From NCBI GenBank assembly GCA_964645555.1, contig CAZYBP010000002.1:1-55281 (forward strand): 55,281 nucleotides of DNA, in the 5' to 3' direction. Origin of the DNA: an uncultured Gammaproteobacteria bacterium. Its GTDB lineage: Bacteria > Patescibacteriota > Microgenomatia > Daviesbacterales > UBA10151. The notes under the pieces are model-generated. The model did no database searches. It worked only from the letters and a program-made list of their open reading frames with translations, and had not been told where the DNA came from. Position numbers and translations under genes: made by a program. Positions 13,763-24,528 of the stretch are shown piece by piece; within the stretch, counting starts at the first letter, position 1; every line of letters begins with the position of its first letter.

Positions 13763-16645
13763 CTAAGCTTTAGTAATTTGCAGACTATCCCCTTTTGAAA
13801 TGGAAATTGAGGCGGTATTTTTCAAGATCAACTCCTCAAAATGCTTTGGCCAGTTTGGCGAAATGACTTTAGTTTTATCCGCCAATGTTAAGTTATTTTC
13901 TTTACGCAGTTGTTGAATTTGCCTGATTAAATCTCTCGCCTCTCCCTCTTGCTGTAATAGTGGAGTAATATTTGTATCCAAGCTAACCTCAGGTTCGGTT
14001 TTTGTAGCCACTGAGTACTCAATCTTTTTAACATTGAGCTCCATAGTTAATACTTTCTCCAAATCTTCCTTTAATTGATTTGGTAGTTTATATTGCAAAG
14101 ATGCCAATGGTTGCCTTAGTTTAATCCCAGCCTCTTTTCTTTGAGCATGACCCACCTCGGCAATTTTGCGTACCAAGTCCATATTTTTTATTAATTGATC
14201 ATCAATTAGGCTCTTGTCACCTAACGGATAATCCTCCAAATGTACACTTACTTTTTCCGTTAAATTCTTAAATATTTCCTCAGCAATAAAAGGAGTAAAA
14301 GGAGCAAGTAACTTAGCTAAATTCACTAAAACTTGATACATCACCGATAAACTGGTGTTTCTATCTAAAAAATCAGACCCTAGTCCGACTCTATCCCGGG
14401 ATCTTCTGATATACCAGGTAGAAAAATCAGCTACCACAAACTCCTCTATAGCCCGGCTTGTTGTCATCGCATCGAATTTTTCTAAGCTGCTATTTATCAA
14501 CACTGTCAATTTGTGCAATTTAGCCAAAATCCATTTGTCTAAAACCTGTAATTCTCCTCTTTCAAGTTCATCTGTCCAATCAACCAGGGAAGCATAATCA
14601 ATAAAGTATTTATAACTGTTCCATAAAATCAAATAAAACCTTCTTCTAATTTCATCTGTTACTTTATAACCGAAATTTAAATTATATTCAGGATTTTGAG
14701 TCACATAAAGCCATCTCATGACATCAACACCAATCTTATCTGCAGCCTCATTGAATTCAATTGCATTACCCTTGGACTTGTGCATTTCCTCACCTTTTTC
14801 ATCTACTACATTGGCAAATCCCAGTAAATTTTTGAAAGGGTTCTCATTTCGCAAAGCTGTACTCATTGCAATCAGTGAATAAAACCAGTTTTTAAATTGT
14901 CCGGGGAAACCTTCTGTCACAAAATCTGCCGGAAACCAACCCTCCGGCATAGTGGAAAAAGGTACAATTCCAGCATCCAACCAGGGATTACCCACATCTG
15001 GAATTCTGGAAGCTACTTCTTCACACTTAGAACACTTAATTTTTATCTCATCGACCCAAGGCCTGTGTGGAGAATTACTCTCAAAGTTTTCCCAACCCTC
15101 AACAGCTTTTTCTTTCAGTTCTTCCTGACTACCAATCACCTCAAAATTACCGCATTTTTTGCATTCCCAAATAGGTAGAGCCAAACCCCAGTACCTTTTT
15201 TTGGAAATTAACCAATCATGCATATTTTTCAGCCAATCCAGTTCCCGATCCAGCCCCCACTCCGGCATCCAATGGATCTTTTTGGCTACTTCCATCATTT
15301 GTTCCCGGTAAGTTTTTCCAGATAAATCCGGTTTATCCATCGCGATATACCATTCATCTACCACTCTCCAAACTAATTCTGTTTTACACCTCCAACAAGT
15401 AGGATATCTGTGGGTATAATTTTTAGTAGTAAGCAAAAACTTTCCACTTTCATGATTTTTTAAGTAATCAATGATTATTTGAGGGTCTGTCTTAGCGTTT
15501 TTACCACTAAATTCACCAAAGTTATCTAAATAACTTGCTTCTTCATCAATTAGCTCGACAACAGGTAAACCTAACTTTTTACCCAGTTGAAAATCTTCAG
15601 TACCTGCACCTGGCGCAACATGTACCATACCTGTTCCTTCCTCGCTGCTCACCGGCAAAATCTGAGGATCACCTGCTACAACTCTATGTTTATAATCTCC
15701 TAAAGCCTTTTTAACTCTATCCTGTTGATCAAATGGCCCCTCGTACTCCCAACCAACTAACCCACTCCCCTTCTTAGTATCTATTACTTGCTGTCCTTTT
15801 TCTAAAACTCCATCTTGAGTTAATCTGTCGCAAGCTTTTTGCAGCACCCAAACCGAACCATTTGCCGTTGGATAATTTACATACTCTTCATCTTCGTTAA
15901 CTGCAATTGCCACATTACCCGGGATAGTCCAGGGAGTAGTTGTCCAGGCTAGTAAATACTCATTTTCTCTATCTTTAATAGGCAATTTGAAATAAACTGA
16001 TTCATGAGTTAATTGCCTATACTCTTCTGTCAAAATCTCATGCTGGGAAATTGCTGTACCGCATCTAGGGCACCAAGGCACACTGTCATGGCCTTTATAT
16101 AACCAGCCTTTTTCATTTACTATCTTAATAAAATTCCAAATAGAATAATTATTCTTGTCAGAAGATGTATGGTAAGAATTATCCCAATCCATAAAGTAAC
16201 CCAGGCGTTTTGATTGTTCTGTTTGAACTGCGGAATATTTTTTGACCCTGTCTTTACAAAGGTTAATAAACTTCTCCAAACTTTTGAATTTATCCCCCGG
16301 AACTAAATTTTCAATATCCTTTTTATTTTTTAGACCCAGTTCTTTTTCAACTTCCACCTCTACCCAAAGGCCTTGTTCATCAAAACCATTTTGGAATCTT
16401 TGTTTATACCCGCGCATATTGAAAAATCTTTGCCAAAGATCTTTATAAGTCCTGCCCCAGGCATGATGAACACCCATTGGGTTATTGGCAGTGATTGGGC
16501 CATCTAAAAAAGAAAATTTATTGTCTGAGGATTCATTTCTTTTTAAATATTTCTCAACAATCCCCTCTTTGTACCAATAGTCTAATAACTCTTTTTCAAG
16601 AACTGGAAAATCAACTTGTGATAAAACTGGTTTAAACTTTGCCAT
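13763..16645 (-). CDS. ileS: Isoleucyl-tRNA synthetase
   Basis: 960 aa with a HIGH-type motif (MGVHHAWG), a KMSKS-type motif (EEMHKSKGN), Cys clusters CPRCGTA / CWRCKTE / CKKCGN, and a CP1 editing region. Confidence 0.9.
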   Translation of the reverse strand: MAKFKPVLSQVDFPVLEKELLDYWYKEGIVEKYLKRNESSDNKFSFLDGPITANNPMGVHHAWGRTYKDLWQRFFNMRGYKQRFQNGFDEQGLWVEVEVEKELGLKNKKDIENLVPGDKFKSLEKFINLCKDRVKKYSAVQTEQSKRLGYFMDWDNSYHTSSDKNNYSIWNFIKIVNEKGWLYKGHDSVPWCPRCGTAISQHEILTEEYRQLTHESVYFKLPIKDRENEYLLAWTTTPWTIPGNVAIAVNEDEEYVNYPTANGSVWVLQKACDRLTQDGVLEKGQQVIDTKKGSGLVGWEYEGPFDQQDRVKKALGDYKHRVVAGDPQILPVSSEEGTGMVHVAPGAGTEDFQLGKKLGLPVVELIDEEASYLDNFGEFSGKNAKTDPQIIIDYLKNHESGKFLLTTKNYTHRYPTCWRCKTELVWRVVDEWYIAMDKPDLSGKTYREQMMEVAKKIHWMPEWGLDRELDWLKNMHDWLISKKRYWGLALPIWECKKCGNFEVIGSQEELKEKAVEGWENFESNSPHRPWVDEIKIKCSKCEEVASRIPDVGNPWLDAGIVPFSTMPEGWFPADFVTEGFPGQFKNWFYSLIAMSTALRNENPFKNLLGFANVVDEKGEEMHKSKGNAIEFNEAADKIGVDVMRWLYVTQNPEYNLNFGYKVTDEIRRRFYLILWNSYKYFIDYASLVDWTDELERGELQVLDKWILAKLHKLTVLINSSLEKFDAMTTSRAIEEFVVADFSTWYIRRSRDRVGLGSDFLDRNTSLSVMYQVLVNLAKLLAPFTPFIAEEIFKNLTEKVSVHLEDYPLGDKSLIDDQLIKNMDLVRKIAEVGHAQRKEAGIKLRQPLASLQYKLPNQLKEDLEKVLTMELNVKKIEYSVATKTEPEVSLDTNITPLLQQEGEARDLIRQIQQLRKENNLTLADKTKVISPNWPKHFEELILKNTASISISKGDSLQITKA

Positions 16646-16678
16646 GCCCTAGATTTTAGCAGAATCTTTAATTTTAGG

Positions 16679-17851
16679 CTAGCGGTTTGATCGCAGGAAT
16701 GCGGGGATTTCTAAGTCTTCGTCTTCTTCACTTCTTTGTGCTTCTTCCTCTACTTGTTCAACAGTTTTGTCAGCAGCAGCAGCTTGTGGTGCAGGAGTAT
16801 CATCTACAGGTGTATTATCTGAAGCCCAAGCTACAGGTTGTTGGCCTAAGGAAGCTGAACCTATACCTGAGCCAATATATTCTCTTAACCTCCTTCTGGT
16901 CTCATCAAACCCTGTAGCAATAACAGAAATCTTAACCTGATCTAATTGATCTTCCTTGATGGTAGCACCAAAAATGATGTTAGCATCGGGATCAGCTGCT
17001 TGGGCAATGATTTGAGCAGCTTCATTAACCTCTGTCATGGACAAATCAGAGCCACCTACAATATTAAATAGAACTCCCTTCGCTCCTTCAATAGAAACTT
17101 CCAGAAGGGGAGAGGCAATTGCCATTCTTGCTGCAGCTGCAGCTCTATTTTCTCCACCTGCCATCCCAATTCCCATCAAAGCAGAACCGGCACTGGACAT
17201 AATTGTCTTAACATCTGCAAAATCAACATTAATAAGTCCTGGCATAGTAATTAAATCTGAGATCCCTTGCACTCCTTGACCTAAAACTGAATCAGCCAGT
17301 TTAAACGCCTCCTGCAAAGTCATATTTTTCTCAACAGTCTCCAGTAATCTTTGATTTGGGATAATAATCAACGCATCAACTTTATCTTTTAGTCTATCAA
17401 CTCCCTCCTCTGCCACTACCATTCTTCTGGTACCTTCAAAGGAAAAAGGCTTAGTGACTACAGCCACGGTTAAAGCGCCCATATTTTTGGCAATTTGTGC
17501 AACAACCGGAATAGAACCTGTACCAGTCCCTCCACCCATTCCTGCTGTTAAAAACACCATATCCGCATCCTGCAAAACATCTTCCAGTTTTTGGGTAGAT
17601 TCCTCAGCAGCTTGCCTGCCCACTTCCGGGTCACCACCTGAACCCAAACCCCGGGTTAGTGCCTCTCCGATTTGAACTTTAGTGGGGGATTGATTGCTCA
17701 TTAAAGCCTGGGCATCAGTATTAATAGCCACAAATTCTACTCCTTGGATTTGTTGCAGAGAAATCATGGAGTTTAAAGAATTAGATCCGCCGCCACCTAA
17801 GCCTACTACTTTAATTTTGGCAAACCTTTGAACATCAGGTTTAACTAGCAT
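16679..17851 (-). CDS. ftsZ: Cell division GTPase FtsZ
   Basis: Tubulin signature [15 protein letters not shown], and the C-terminal peptide DLEIPAFLR. Confidence 0.97.
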   Translation of the reverse strand: MLVKPDVQRFAKIKVVGLGGGGSNSLNSMISLQQIQGVEFVAINTDAQALMSNQSPTKVQIGEALTRGLGSGGDPEVGRQAAEESTQKLEDVLQDADMVFLTAGMGGGTGTGSIPVVAQIAKNMGALTVAVVTKPFSFEGTRRMVVAEEGVDRLKDKVDALIIIPNQRLLETVEKNMTLQEAFKLADSVLGQGVQGISDLITMPGLINVDFADVKTIMSSAGSALMGIGMAGGENRAAAAARMAIASPLLEVSIEGAKGVLFNIVGGSDLSMTEVNEAAQIIAQAADPDANIIFGATIKEDQLDQVKISVIATGFDETRRRLREYIGSGIGSASLGQQPVAWASDNTPVDDTPAPQAAAADKTVEQVEEEAQRSEEDEDLEIPAFLRSNR

Positions 17852-17869
17852 AATTTTGAAGTTGAGGGC

Positions 17870-17898
17870 ATTCTAACAAATGATTGCAAACTTTACAA
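17870..17898 (-). promoter_or_regulatory. Candidate internal promoter for ftsZ: TTGTAA-17 nt-(TGt)TAGAAT
   Basis: On the minus strand, TTGTAA lies at 17898-17893 and TAGAAT at 17875-17870, with a 17-nt spacer and an extended -10 TG. Eighteen nt separate it from the ATG, with no SD. Confidence 0.4.
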
Positions 17899-17917
17899 TC
17901 CCTTTCTGGGCACAGTA

Positions 17918-19219
17918 CTAAGGCAGGAAAGATTTCACTAAAGCAATACCTTTTTGTATCATACCTTTAATTGGCAAACTACCGGAAAGCACCGGTAAAT
18001 GCATCTCTCCTGTCCCACCTTGACTTGCTCCATATAGGATCAAACCGGCAGCGCTGGCAAATGCAGGGGAGTCTATTTCTTCAACTAATCCAGATAGGCC
18101 GTCTATCTGACCTAATCTGGCTGGAAAACCTAAAACATACTTTGCCTGGTCCAATACTCCAATAGTCTGTGCTCCACCTCCACAAAGTACCAGCCCGGAA
18201 GGAATTTGTGTACCAAACCCGCTTTTTTTAATTTCCTTACCTACATATTTAAATATTTCCTGCAGTCTCGGTCTAATAATACCATCCACTACTGCTTTCT
18301 TGGAGATCTTCTGAATATCTTCCGCTATACCCAGTGCGTGGATGTCCAAAAGCTCTTCCTCTTTCTTTTTACCTGAAGTATGTCTTTCGTCATCTGCCTC
18401 CTTATTCTCTGCTACAGCCGGGGCTTTAGGAATCCTGGCTAAAGATAGTTTAATTTTTTCTGCAGATTCCAATGAAACCCGTAAGCCCACTGCCATATCC
18501 GAAGTAATATGACGGGCACCTATCGGTACTACTGCAGAGTAAGCAACAGAGCCATCAATGAAAATCACTACATCCGTTGTTTCTCCGCCAATATCTACCA
18601 ACACTACACCCAATTCTTTTTCTGTATCAGTTAATATTGCCAAAGATGCGGCAATACCTGAAAATACTAATTCTGTAACATCAATTCCTACCTCCGAAAC
18701 ACACTTTACCAAATTTCTCATTGAGGTGGTGGCACCGGTGATAATATGTGTTTCTGTCTCAAGCCTTACTCCGGTCATACCGATTGGGTCTTTAATCCCC
18801 TCTTGACCATCAACTGTAAAAGTTCTTGGTATAACATGCAAAACTTCTCTTGAGGAAGGTAATGGTATGGCCCTGGCAGCCTCATTAACTCTTTGAATGT
18901 CACTTTCTTTAATTTCGCCCTCTGGCTCTGACACAGCTACTACCGCGTGCTGATTAACGCTCTCAATTTGCGGACCGCCAAGTGAAATATAGGAAGAAGA
19001 AATAGAATAACCCGCCATTCTTTCAGCTGCTTCTACTGATTCAGTAATAGCGTTAACTGCCTCATCAATATCCACCACCTGATTTTTCCTTACTCCTTTA
19101 GAAACGGTGGAGGATACTCCGATTAAATTTATTTTTCCGTTCTCATCAACTGAAGAGATAAGTGTAGCAATTTTTGAAGATCCAACATCTATTCCGCAAA
19201 TAATTTTATCTTTGGCCAT
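17918..19219 (-). CDS. ftsA: Cell division protein FtsA (actin-like ATPase)
   Basis: GIDVGSSKI phosphate-1 motif, VLVDIGGETTDV, and LCGGGAQ motifs of the FtsA/actin fold. It sits between ftsQ and ftsZ. Confidence 0.92.
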   Translation of the reverse strand: MAKDKIICGIDVGSSKIATLISSVDENGKINLIGVSSTVSKGVRKNQVVDIDEAVNAITESVEAAERMAGYSISSSYISLGGPQIESVNQHAVVAVSEPEGEIKESDIQRVNEAARAIPLPSSREVLHVIPRTFTVDGQEGIKDPIGMTGVRLETETHIITGATTSMRNLVKCVSEVGIDVTELVFSGIAASLAILTDTEKELGVVLVDIGGETTDVVIFIDGSVAYSAVVPIGARHITSDMAVGLRVSLESAEKIKLSLARIPKAPAVAENKEADDERHTSGKKKEEELLDIHALGIAEDIQKISKKAVVDGIIRPRLQEIFKYVGKEIKKSGFGTQIPSGLVLCGGGAQTIGVLDQAKYVLGFPARLGQIDGLSGLVEEIDSPAFASAAGLILYGASQGGTGEMHLPVLSGSLPIKGMIQKGIALVKSFLP

Positions 19220-19236
19220 ATCTTTTATTTGGACTG

Positions 19237-20025
19237 TTATTTCTTTTGTGGGGCAAATTTAACAATCGGTTTATCAAATCTCAAATCGATAAACTCTAAA
19301 TTTATATGATCTATTTTAGCGATCTTTAGGATCAATTGTAAAGATGCAATTTGAGCGTTAATATCTTCGTTTAAATTAAAAATTATTTTTGGTAAAGAAA
19401 AAACAATTAAAAAATTGTTATATATTTGTGAAGTTGTATTACCCAGCCCAAATTCCCTTATTTTCACCAAAACCTTAAAAACCTTCTCTCCCCAATTCCC
19501 ATCTAACTTCTTGCCCGGCATAATATCTTCATTTAGAAAAACATTGGGTATATCCAATCGCTCTGAGGTCTTAGCAAAAACTACCCCTTCCTGGTCCATT
19601 AAATACGCATCCATTCCTGCTTTTGCACTTGGCGTAGCAATTTCTTCCAATAAACCAGCAGTTGTTGCTTCACTATTTTTTAAAGTGAAAAGCATTGCAT
19701 CAGGAATCCTGCCGACCAACTCAACCTTAACTTTATCAGGGAATATTTGTAAAACACTTGCACTTTTAATACATATAAACTTTTTTAAAATATTGTTTGA
19801 TACCTTGTTTCTATCGAGGAAAAGCAAACTTTGACCTTGGACATCAATGGAGCTTGTAATTTGATCTTTATCCGCGCAGATTAAATTGTTACCTAAAATT
19901 TCGGTGTATTTAATGTTAAAAAACCCTGATTTTAAAAAGATTGAAATTAAACCTATGATAATTACCAGAAAACCTAAAATAATAAACAATAATTTGCTTT
20001 TTCTTTTCTTAGTCGGTCTTACCAT
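19237..20025 (-). CDS. ftsQ: FtsQ/DivIB-type cell division protein
   Basis: 262 aa with a basic N-terminus, a single TM helix and a POTRA-like region (FNIKYTEILGNN...). Its position between murG and ftsA supports the call. Confidence 0.65.
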   Translation of the reverse strand: MVRPTKKRKSKLLFIILGFLVIIIGLISIFLKSGFFNIKYTEILGNNLICADKDQITSSIDVQGQSLLFLDRNKVSNNILKKFICIKSASVLQIFPDKVKVELVGRIPDAMLFTLKNSEATTAGLLEEIATPSAKAGMDAYLMDQEGVVFAKTSERLDIPNVFLNEDIMPGKKLDGNWGEKVFKVLVKIREFGLGNTTSQIYNNFLIVFSLPKIIFNLNEDINAQIASLQLILKIAKIDHINLEFIDLRFDKPIVKFAPQKK

Positions 20026-20036
20026 AAATTGCAGAG

Positions 20037-21146
20037 TTACTTTTTTTGCTTTAAAAGAATGGTTTCTAGTGCCAATCTTTGTGCTGCATCCTTATTAATT
20101 ACCTTCTTAGCCTCCGTAGCTTTTAAAGTTAGCCTCTCCAAATCCTTTATCATTGCTTTTACGTTCTCCAGCAAGCTCCCGCCGGATAATTTTGATTGCG
20201 GTAAGACCCGCACTAAACCAGCACTCTCAAAAAACTCAGCATTTTTCATTTGTTCATTTTGGAAAAACATTTGTAAAGGAATAGCCAGTGTAGGTTTTCC
20301 TAAAAAGGAAAGTTCAGTTAAAGTGTTTGCCCCTGCTCTGGAAATTACTAAATCAACTCCTTCTAATACCTTACCAATTTCCCGCCCAATCCACTTTTTG
20401 ACAATATATCTTTCATTTTTTACCTTCTTAAGCCTCTCAAAATCAGCAAACTTATTATCCCCACTAACATGAATTACATAGGCTATTTCCGTTATATTAC
20501 CCAATACTTTTTCTAGAGTAATATTAATTAAGTGAGAACCCTGGTTACCTCCCATCACTAAAATAACTGGTAATTTATCCTCTTTCGCTCTTTTGAAAAT
20601 GTTTGAGAATTCGGCAGGTAGTTTCTCAATAGGTCGTACAATTTCTTTTCTAATAGGGTTTCCCGTATAAATAACCCTGTTGTTGCCGCTACCTTCATCA
20701 AATGATAAAGCAACTTTATCGGCAAATAAACTGCTTATTTTATTGGCTAATCCTGAGACTAAAGTTTGCTCATGTACGATAATTGGTATAGAAAAAAGCC
20801 ATCCGGTAAAAACAACCGGCACTGCCACATATCCCCCAAATGAAAGTATAACATCAGGCTTTTCAGAAAAAATTATATTAAGAGCCTGAATAACACCAAT
20901 CGGGATTTTTAAAAGTGAGGGAATGGTATAAATTGAAAATGACCTTTGTAATCTACCAGCAATTATAGTTTTGTATTTTACTCCCACTGTCGGCAAAAGT
21001 TTAGATTCTACAGAATCGCCTCTAAAATCTTCCATGGTATTTTTGCGGCCAACGTATATAACCTCTGTATCCGGCTGCATTTCTTTTAATTTTTCAATAA
21101 CAGCTAAGGCAGGAGTAAAATGAGCACCGGCAATTAATACTTTCAT
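20037..21146 (-). CDS. murG: UDP-GlcNAc:lipid I GlcNAc transferase MurG
   Basis: MKVLIAGAHFTPALAV N-terminus, GGNQGS and ISRAGANTLTELSFLGKP motifs of GT28 MurG. Confidence 0.9.
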   Translation of the reverse strand: MKVLIAGAHFTPALAVIEKLKEMQPDTEVIYVGRKNTMEDFRGDSVESKLLPTVGVKYKTIIAGRLQRSFSIYTIPSLLKIPIGVIQALNIIFSEKPDVILSFGGYVAVPVVFTGWLFSIPIIVHEQTLVSGLANKISSLFADKVALSFDEGSGNNRVIYTGNPIRKEIVRPIEKLPAEFSNIFKRAKEDKLPVILVMGGNQGSHLINITLEKVLGNITEIAYVIHVSGDNKFADFERLKKVKNERYIVKKWIGREIGKVLEGVDLVISRAGANTLTELSFLGKPTLAIPLQMFFQNEQMKNAEFFESAGLVRVLPQSKLSGGSLLENVKAMIKDLERLTLKATEAKKVINKDAAQRLALETILLKQKK

Positions 21147-21166
21147 TTACTAAATTATATCCTAAA

Positions 21167-22270
21167 TTAGTCTAGAGAGGATTGTTTGGAAATATTAAGT
21201 AAAATTCCAACTGCGGTTAAGTTTACCACCAAAGCAGAACCTCCATAAGATATAAACGGCAAGGGGACACCGGTTAAGGGCAAAAGTGCTGTCATGGAAG
21301 ATAAATTAATTACAATTTGGATACCCAACCAGCAGGTTAACCCTAACGCCAAATTCTTTCCAAATGGATTTTCACAATTGGCAGCAGTTTTAAAACCCCG
21401 TAAAATGACAAAGACAAATATCGCAAGCAGTAAAGATGCGCCTAAAAAACCTAACTCCTCACCTATTATGCCAAAAATTGAGTCTGTTGAAACTTCCGGA
21501 ATATACTCAAATTTTTGCCTGGAGTGACCTAATCCTAAACCAAAAATACCACCTGACCCTAGAGCAATTAAAACTTGTGATATATGATAAGTAAACCCTT
21601 GTGTATCAGAAAAGGGATCCAAAAAAGCCAGTACCCTTTTACTTCTGTAGCTTGAGGTAAATATCAGTGCCAAAAGACCTCCTAATCCAACCGGTAATAC
21701 AGCTAAAAAATGCCATAAAGGCCCACCGCTAAGAAAGTATAACAAAAGTGCCGTAATTACAAATACTAAGGTTGAACCCAAGTCCTTTTGTAAAATAGCT
21801 GTAATAATTGTTACTAAACCAACAACGGTCATGAAGGGAAAAAATCTAGCTTTCTTTTCAAAAATAGAAGCCAGATAAATTACCCCGGTTAACTTAATAA
21901 CTTCTGCAGGCTGAATTGTAATCCTGCCGAATTTTAACCACCTATGCGCTCCGCCTCCGGCAATACCAAGCCCGGGAATAAAAACTGCCAAAAGCAAAAG
22001 AAAAGAAAATATAATTAAAATTAAGGCAAAGGGCTTAAATTTTTTGTAGTCAAACCGGGAGAAAAAAAACATTGAGATAATACCTAAAACGACCCATATT
22101 AATTGTTGCTTAATGTAGTAATATCCATCATTAAAGTCATTTAAACCCTGTACAAATGACGCATCATAGACCATCACCAAACCAAAAATGACTAGAAAAA
22201 TAACGCTTATCAAAAGTGGGGTATCAACTGAATTTGTTTGAGACTTAAGAGAAAAGCCAATCTTTCTCAT
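21167..22270 (-). CDS. ftsW: SEDS family lipid II flippase/polymerase FtsW
   Basis: QPAEVIKL, PEVSTDSIFG and LPLTGVPLPFISYGGSA motifs. The start is set at the ATG at 22270, which forms an ATGA overlap with the mraY stop. The longer ORF to 22357 overlaps mraY by 91 nt. Confidence 0.88.
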   Translation of the reverse strand: MRKIGFSLKSQTNSVDTPLLISVIFLVIFGLVMVYDASFVQGLNDFNDGYYYIKQQLIWVVLGIISMFFFSRFDYKKFKPFALILIIFSFLLLLAVFIPGLGIAGGGAHRWLKFGRITIQPAEVIKLTGVIYLASIFEKKARFFPFMTVVGLVTIITAILQKDLGSTLVFVITALLLYFLSGGPLWHFLAVLPVGLGGLLALIFTSSYRSKRVLAFLDPFSDTQGFTYHISQVLIALGSGGIFGLGLGHSRQKFEYIPEVSTDSIFGIIGEELGFLGASLLLAIFVFVILRGFKTAANCENPFGKNLALGLTCWLGIQIVINLSSMTALLPLTGVPLPFISYGGSALVVNLTAVGILLNISKQSSLD

Positions 22271-23274
22271 CGTGATAGTAGGGCTATCCAAAGGCCAAAT
22301 ATAGCAAATAATCCCTGGGCGAGCCAAAATCTGGTAACAATTTTTGGTTCTTCCCAACCCATATATTTAAAATACATATGTATTGGAGCAACAGGTAAAA
22401 TCTTTTTGTGTAATAGTTTTTTAGACAAGATTTGAATTAACGAGGAAAATACAATAACCACAAACATTCCCCCAATGATTGCCAATGCCAAAATTTTACC
22501 TGTTAATAATCCTACCACGGCTAGCGTCGCCCCGAAGGCAAATGCTCCGGCATCTCCTAAAAAGATTCTTGCCGGCCAAATATTAAAGTAGAGGAAAGAA
22601 AATAAAGTACCAATCCAAATTCCAATAAAAGAAGCTAAAGTCAAATCTAAAGACTGGGAAGCAAGCGCTAAAAAAGCAAACAGACAAATCAATAATAATC
22701 CTGCAGATAAACCATCCAAACCATCAGAAATATTGTAAGCATTAGCAAATGAAATAATCACAAAAGCCGCCAATGGAATATACCAGCCATCAATTATGAA
22801 ATTTCCTAATCCTGATATGTAAAGATTATTTAACCCACCCATAAAATAAAGCATTCCGGAAATAGATAGAGCTATTAATGATTGAATAAGAAACATCTTT
22901 CCTCTACCCAACCCTAAAAATTTTCCTGATCTTTTGGTTATAATTAGTTTAATATCATCTATTAATCCCAACAAACCAAAAGATATCAGGGTGAATATCA
23001 AAATTCTCAAACTGACTTTGTCAACAGAAGGACTAAACAACCAGTACCCTAAACTCAGGAGTACCAAAATACCAATTATCAAAATTCCCCCCCCTGATGG
23101 AGTCCTTATATCTGCTTTCATTAATTTATCGTGTATTGGTGTTTCAGATTTTCTGACTGCTTCAGACTGTTTCTCAAATCTTTGTTTTAAATAGTAAAGA
23201 AAGTCAATAAAGGGGACCATACAAACAGAAGTTGCGGCAAAAGAAAGTAATACTAACCCCAATAGTTGTGTCAT
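22267..23274 (-). CDS. mraY: Phospho-N-acetylmuramoyl-pentapeptide transferase MraY
   Basis: GLLGLIDDIKLI, NAYNISDGLDGL and FLGDAGAFAFG motifs of MraY. Confidence 0.93.
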   Translation of the reverse strand: MTQLLGLVLLSFAATSVCMVPFIDFLYYLKQRFEKQSEAVRKSETPIHDKLMKADIRTPSGGGILIIGILVLLSLGYWLFSPSVDKVSLRILIFTLISFGLLGLIDDIKLIITKRSGKFLGLGRGKMFLIQSLIALSISGMLYFMGGLNNLYISGLGNFIIDGWYIPLAAFVIISFANAYNISDGLDGLSAGLLLICLFAFLALASQSLDLTLASFIGIWIGTLFSFLYFNIWPARIFLGDAGAFAFGATLAVVGLLTGKILALAIIGGMFVVIVFSSLIQILSKKLLHKKILPVAPIHMYFKYMGWEEPKIVTRFWLAQGLFAIFGLWIALLSR

Positions 23275-23281
23275 ATAGGAA

Positions 23282-24478
23282 TCATTTCTTAGCTATCCGT
23301 TTTACTACCTCATCTAATCTTACAGCACGGGACCCCTTAATTAAAACTACATCTCCTTTTCCTAAATTCTTTAAAAGCTTTCCAACTAACTGTGAATTTT
23401 GCAAATTACTTTCAACTCTTTCTTCCCAAAAACCCAAACTTTTAAGCTCGTCCCAAATAAATTGAGTGTCACCCTGGCCAAGATAAACTTGATCTATCTT
23501 TTCTTTATATATTTTTTGGGCAATAAGCCGGTGTAGTTTTTCTGAATACGAACCAAGCTCCCGCATTTCCCCCAGAACTAAAACCTTCCTGCGTGCATTG
23601 ACCTGCAATAAAGTATCTATTGCCGCCTCCAATGAAGCAGGGGAGGAGTTATACGTATCATCTAAAATAATTGAACCATTAGGTCCTACAATAACTTGCA
23701 TCCTGTGTTCTGAAGGCTGCAGGGATTCCAATGCCAATTTGATTTTGGTAAGCGGTATATTATTTAAAACTCCCAAAGTTGCAGCTGCCATAGCTGGATA
23801 AATTTGATGATAACCAAGCAGGTTATAATTAACCTTAACCCTCTCAACCCCCAAATTTAATTCAAAAGTTGTCCTGAAGCCTTCAATATTCACATTACCA
23901 GCCCAGACAGTACAATTTTGTGGATCAGTTCCAAAATAGATTACTGACCCGCTACAATTCTTTGCTAATTTCCTACAATGCTGATCATCGAAATTTAAAA
24001 TGGCAACTCCTTTGTCGTTGAGCTGTTCAATCAATCTTCCTTTTTCTTTAATAATGTCATCTAAATCACCCAGGGTTTCATTATGAGCATAAGAAATTTT
24101 TGTGAAAACTACCGTATTAGGTGAAACTAAAGATAAATAAAAATCCATCTCTCCTTTATATTCAATACCCATTTCTAAAATAACTTTTTTTACTGAGGGG
24201 GTTAACTTGAATAAAGTAGCTGGAATATTTAATACTGGATCAAGGCTGGGTTTTGTGCTAAGCGTTTTAAATTTAGTTGAAAGGATGGCTGTGGCAGCCT
24301 GAACGCAGGTGGTTTTTCCCACAGATCCCGTTACAGCTACAAACATTTCTTTTGGGTAAAACTTTGCATATTGTCTTGCCAGATAAATCCGCAAAAGATG
24401 CAATGGTTTTTTATAGGCAGAAATCTGATTTTTGGAAGGAGTAACCTGTTGCCAAATAGGGTGATCTTGAATGTCCAC
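23282..24478 (-). CDS. murF: UDP-MurNAc-tripeptide:D-Ala-D-Ala ligase MurF (short form, N-terminal domain reduced)
   Basis: P-loop VTGSVGKTT, DDTYNSSPASL, LGEMRELG and IKGSRAVRLDE match MurF. At 398 aa it is shorter than typical homologues of about 450 aa. Confidence 0.8.
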   Translation of the reverse strand: MDIQDHPIWQQVTPSKNQISAYKKPLHLLRIYLARQYAKFYPKEMFVAVTGSVGKTTCVQAATAILSTKFKTLSTKPSLDPVLNIPATLFKLTPSVKKVILEMGIEYKGEMDFYLSLVSPNTVVFTKISYAHNETLGDLDDIIKEKGRLIEQLNDKGVAILNFDDQHCRKLAKNCSGSVIYFGTDPQNCTVWAGNVNIEGFRTTFELNLGVERVKVNYNLLGYHQIYPAMAAATLGVLNNIPLTKIKLALESLQPSEHRMQVIVGPNGSIILDDTYNSSPASLEAAIDTLLQVNARRKVLVLGEMRELGSYSEKLHRLIAQKIYKEKIDQVYLGQGDTQFIWDELKSLGFWEERVESNLQNSQLVGKLLKNLGKGDVVLIKGSRAVRLDEVVKRIAKK

Positions 24479-24528
24479 GCGGACAATTATATCACGAAGT
24501 GATACAAGCTTTGAGGAATTAGCAAGGC

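Noticed and set aside
16646-16678. T-box or other riboswitch leaders upstream of ileS and glyQS
   Set aside because: The ileS upstream gap is only 33 nt, and the glyQS start overlaps the recO stop. There is no room for a leader RNA of about 200 nt.
19415-20472. Long plus-strand ORFs antisense to ftsQ/murG (19415-19834, 20029-20472). Similar antisense ORFs occur at 28663-29142, 36030-36377 and 45859-46218.
   Set aside because: They lie entirely inside well-supported minus-strand genes and translate to low-complexity Ser/Leu/Phe/Lys-rich sequences with no recognisable motifs. They are typical shadow ORFs of the true coding frame.
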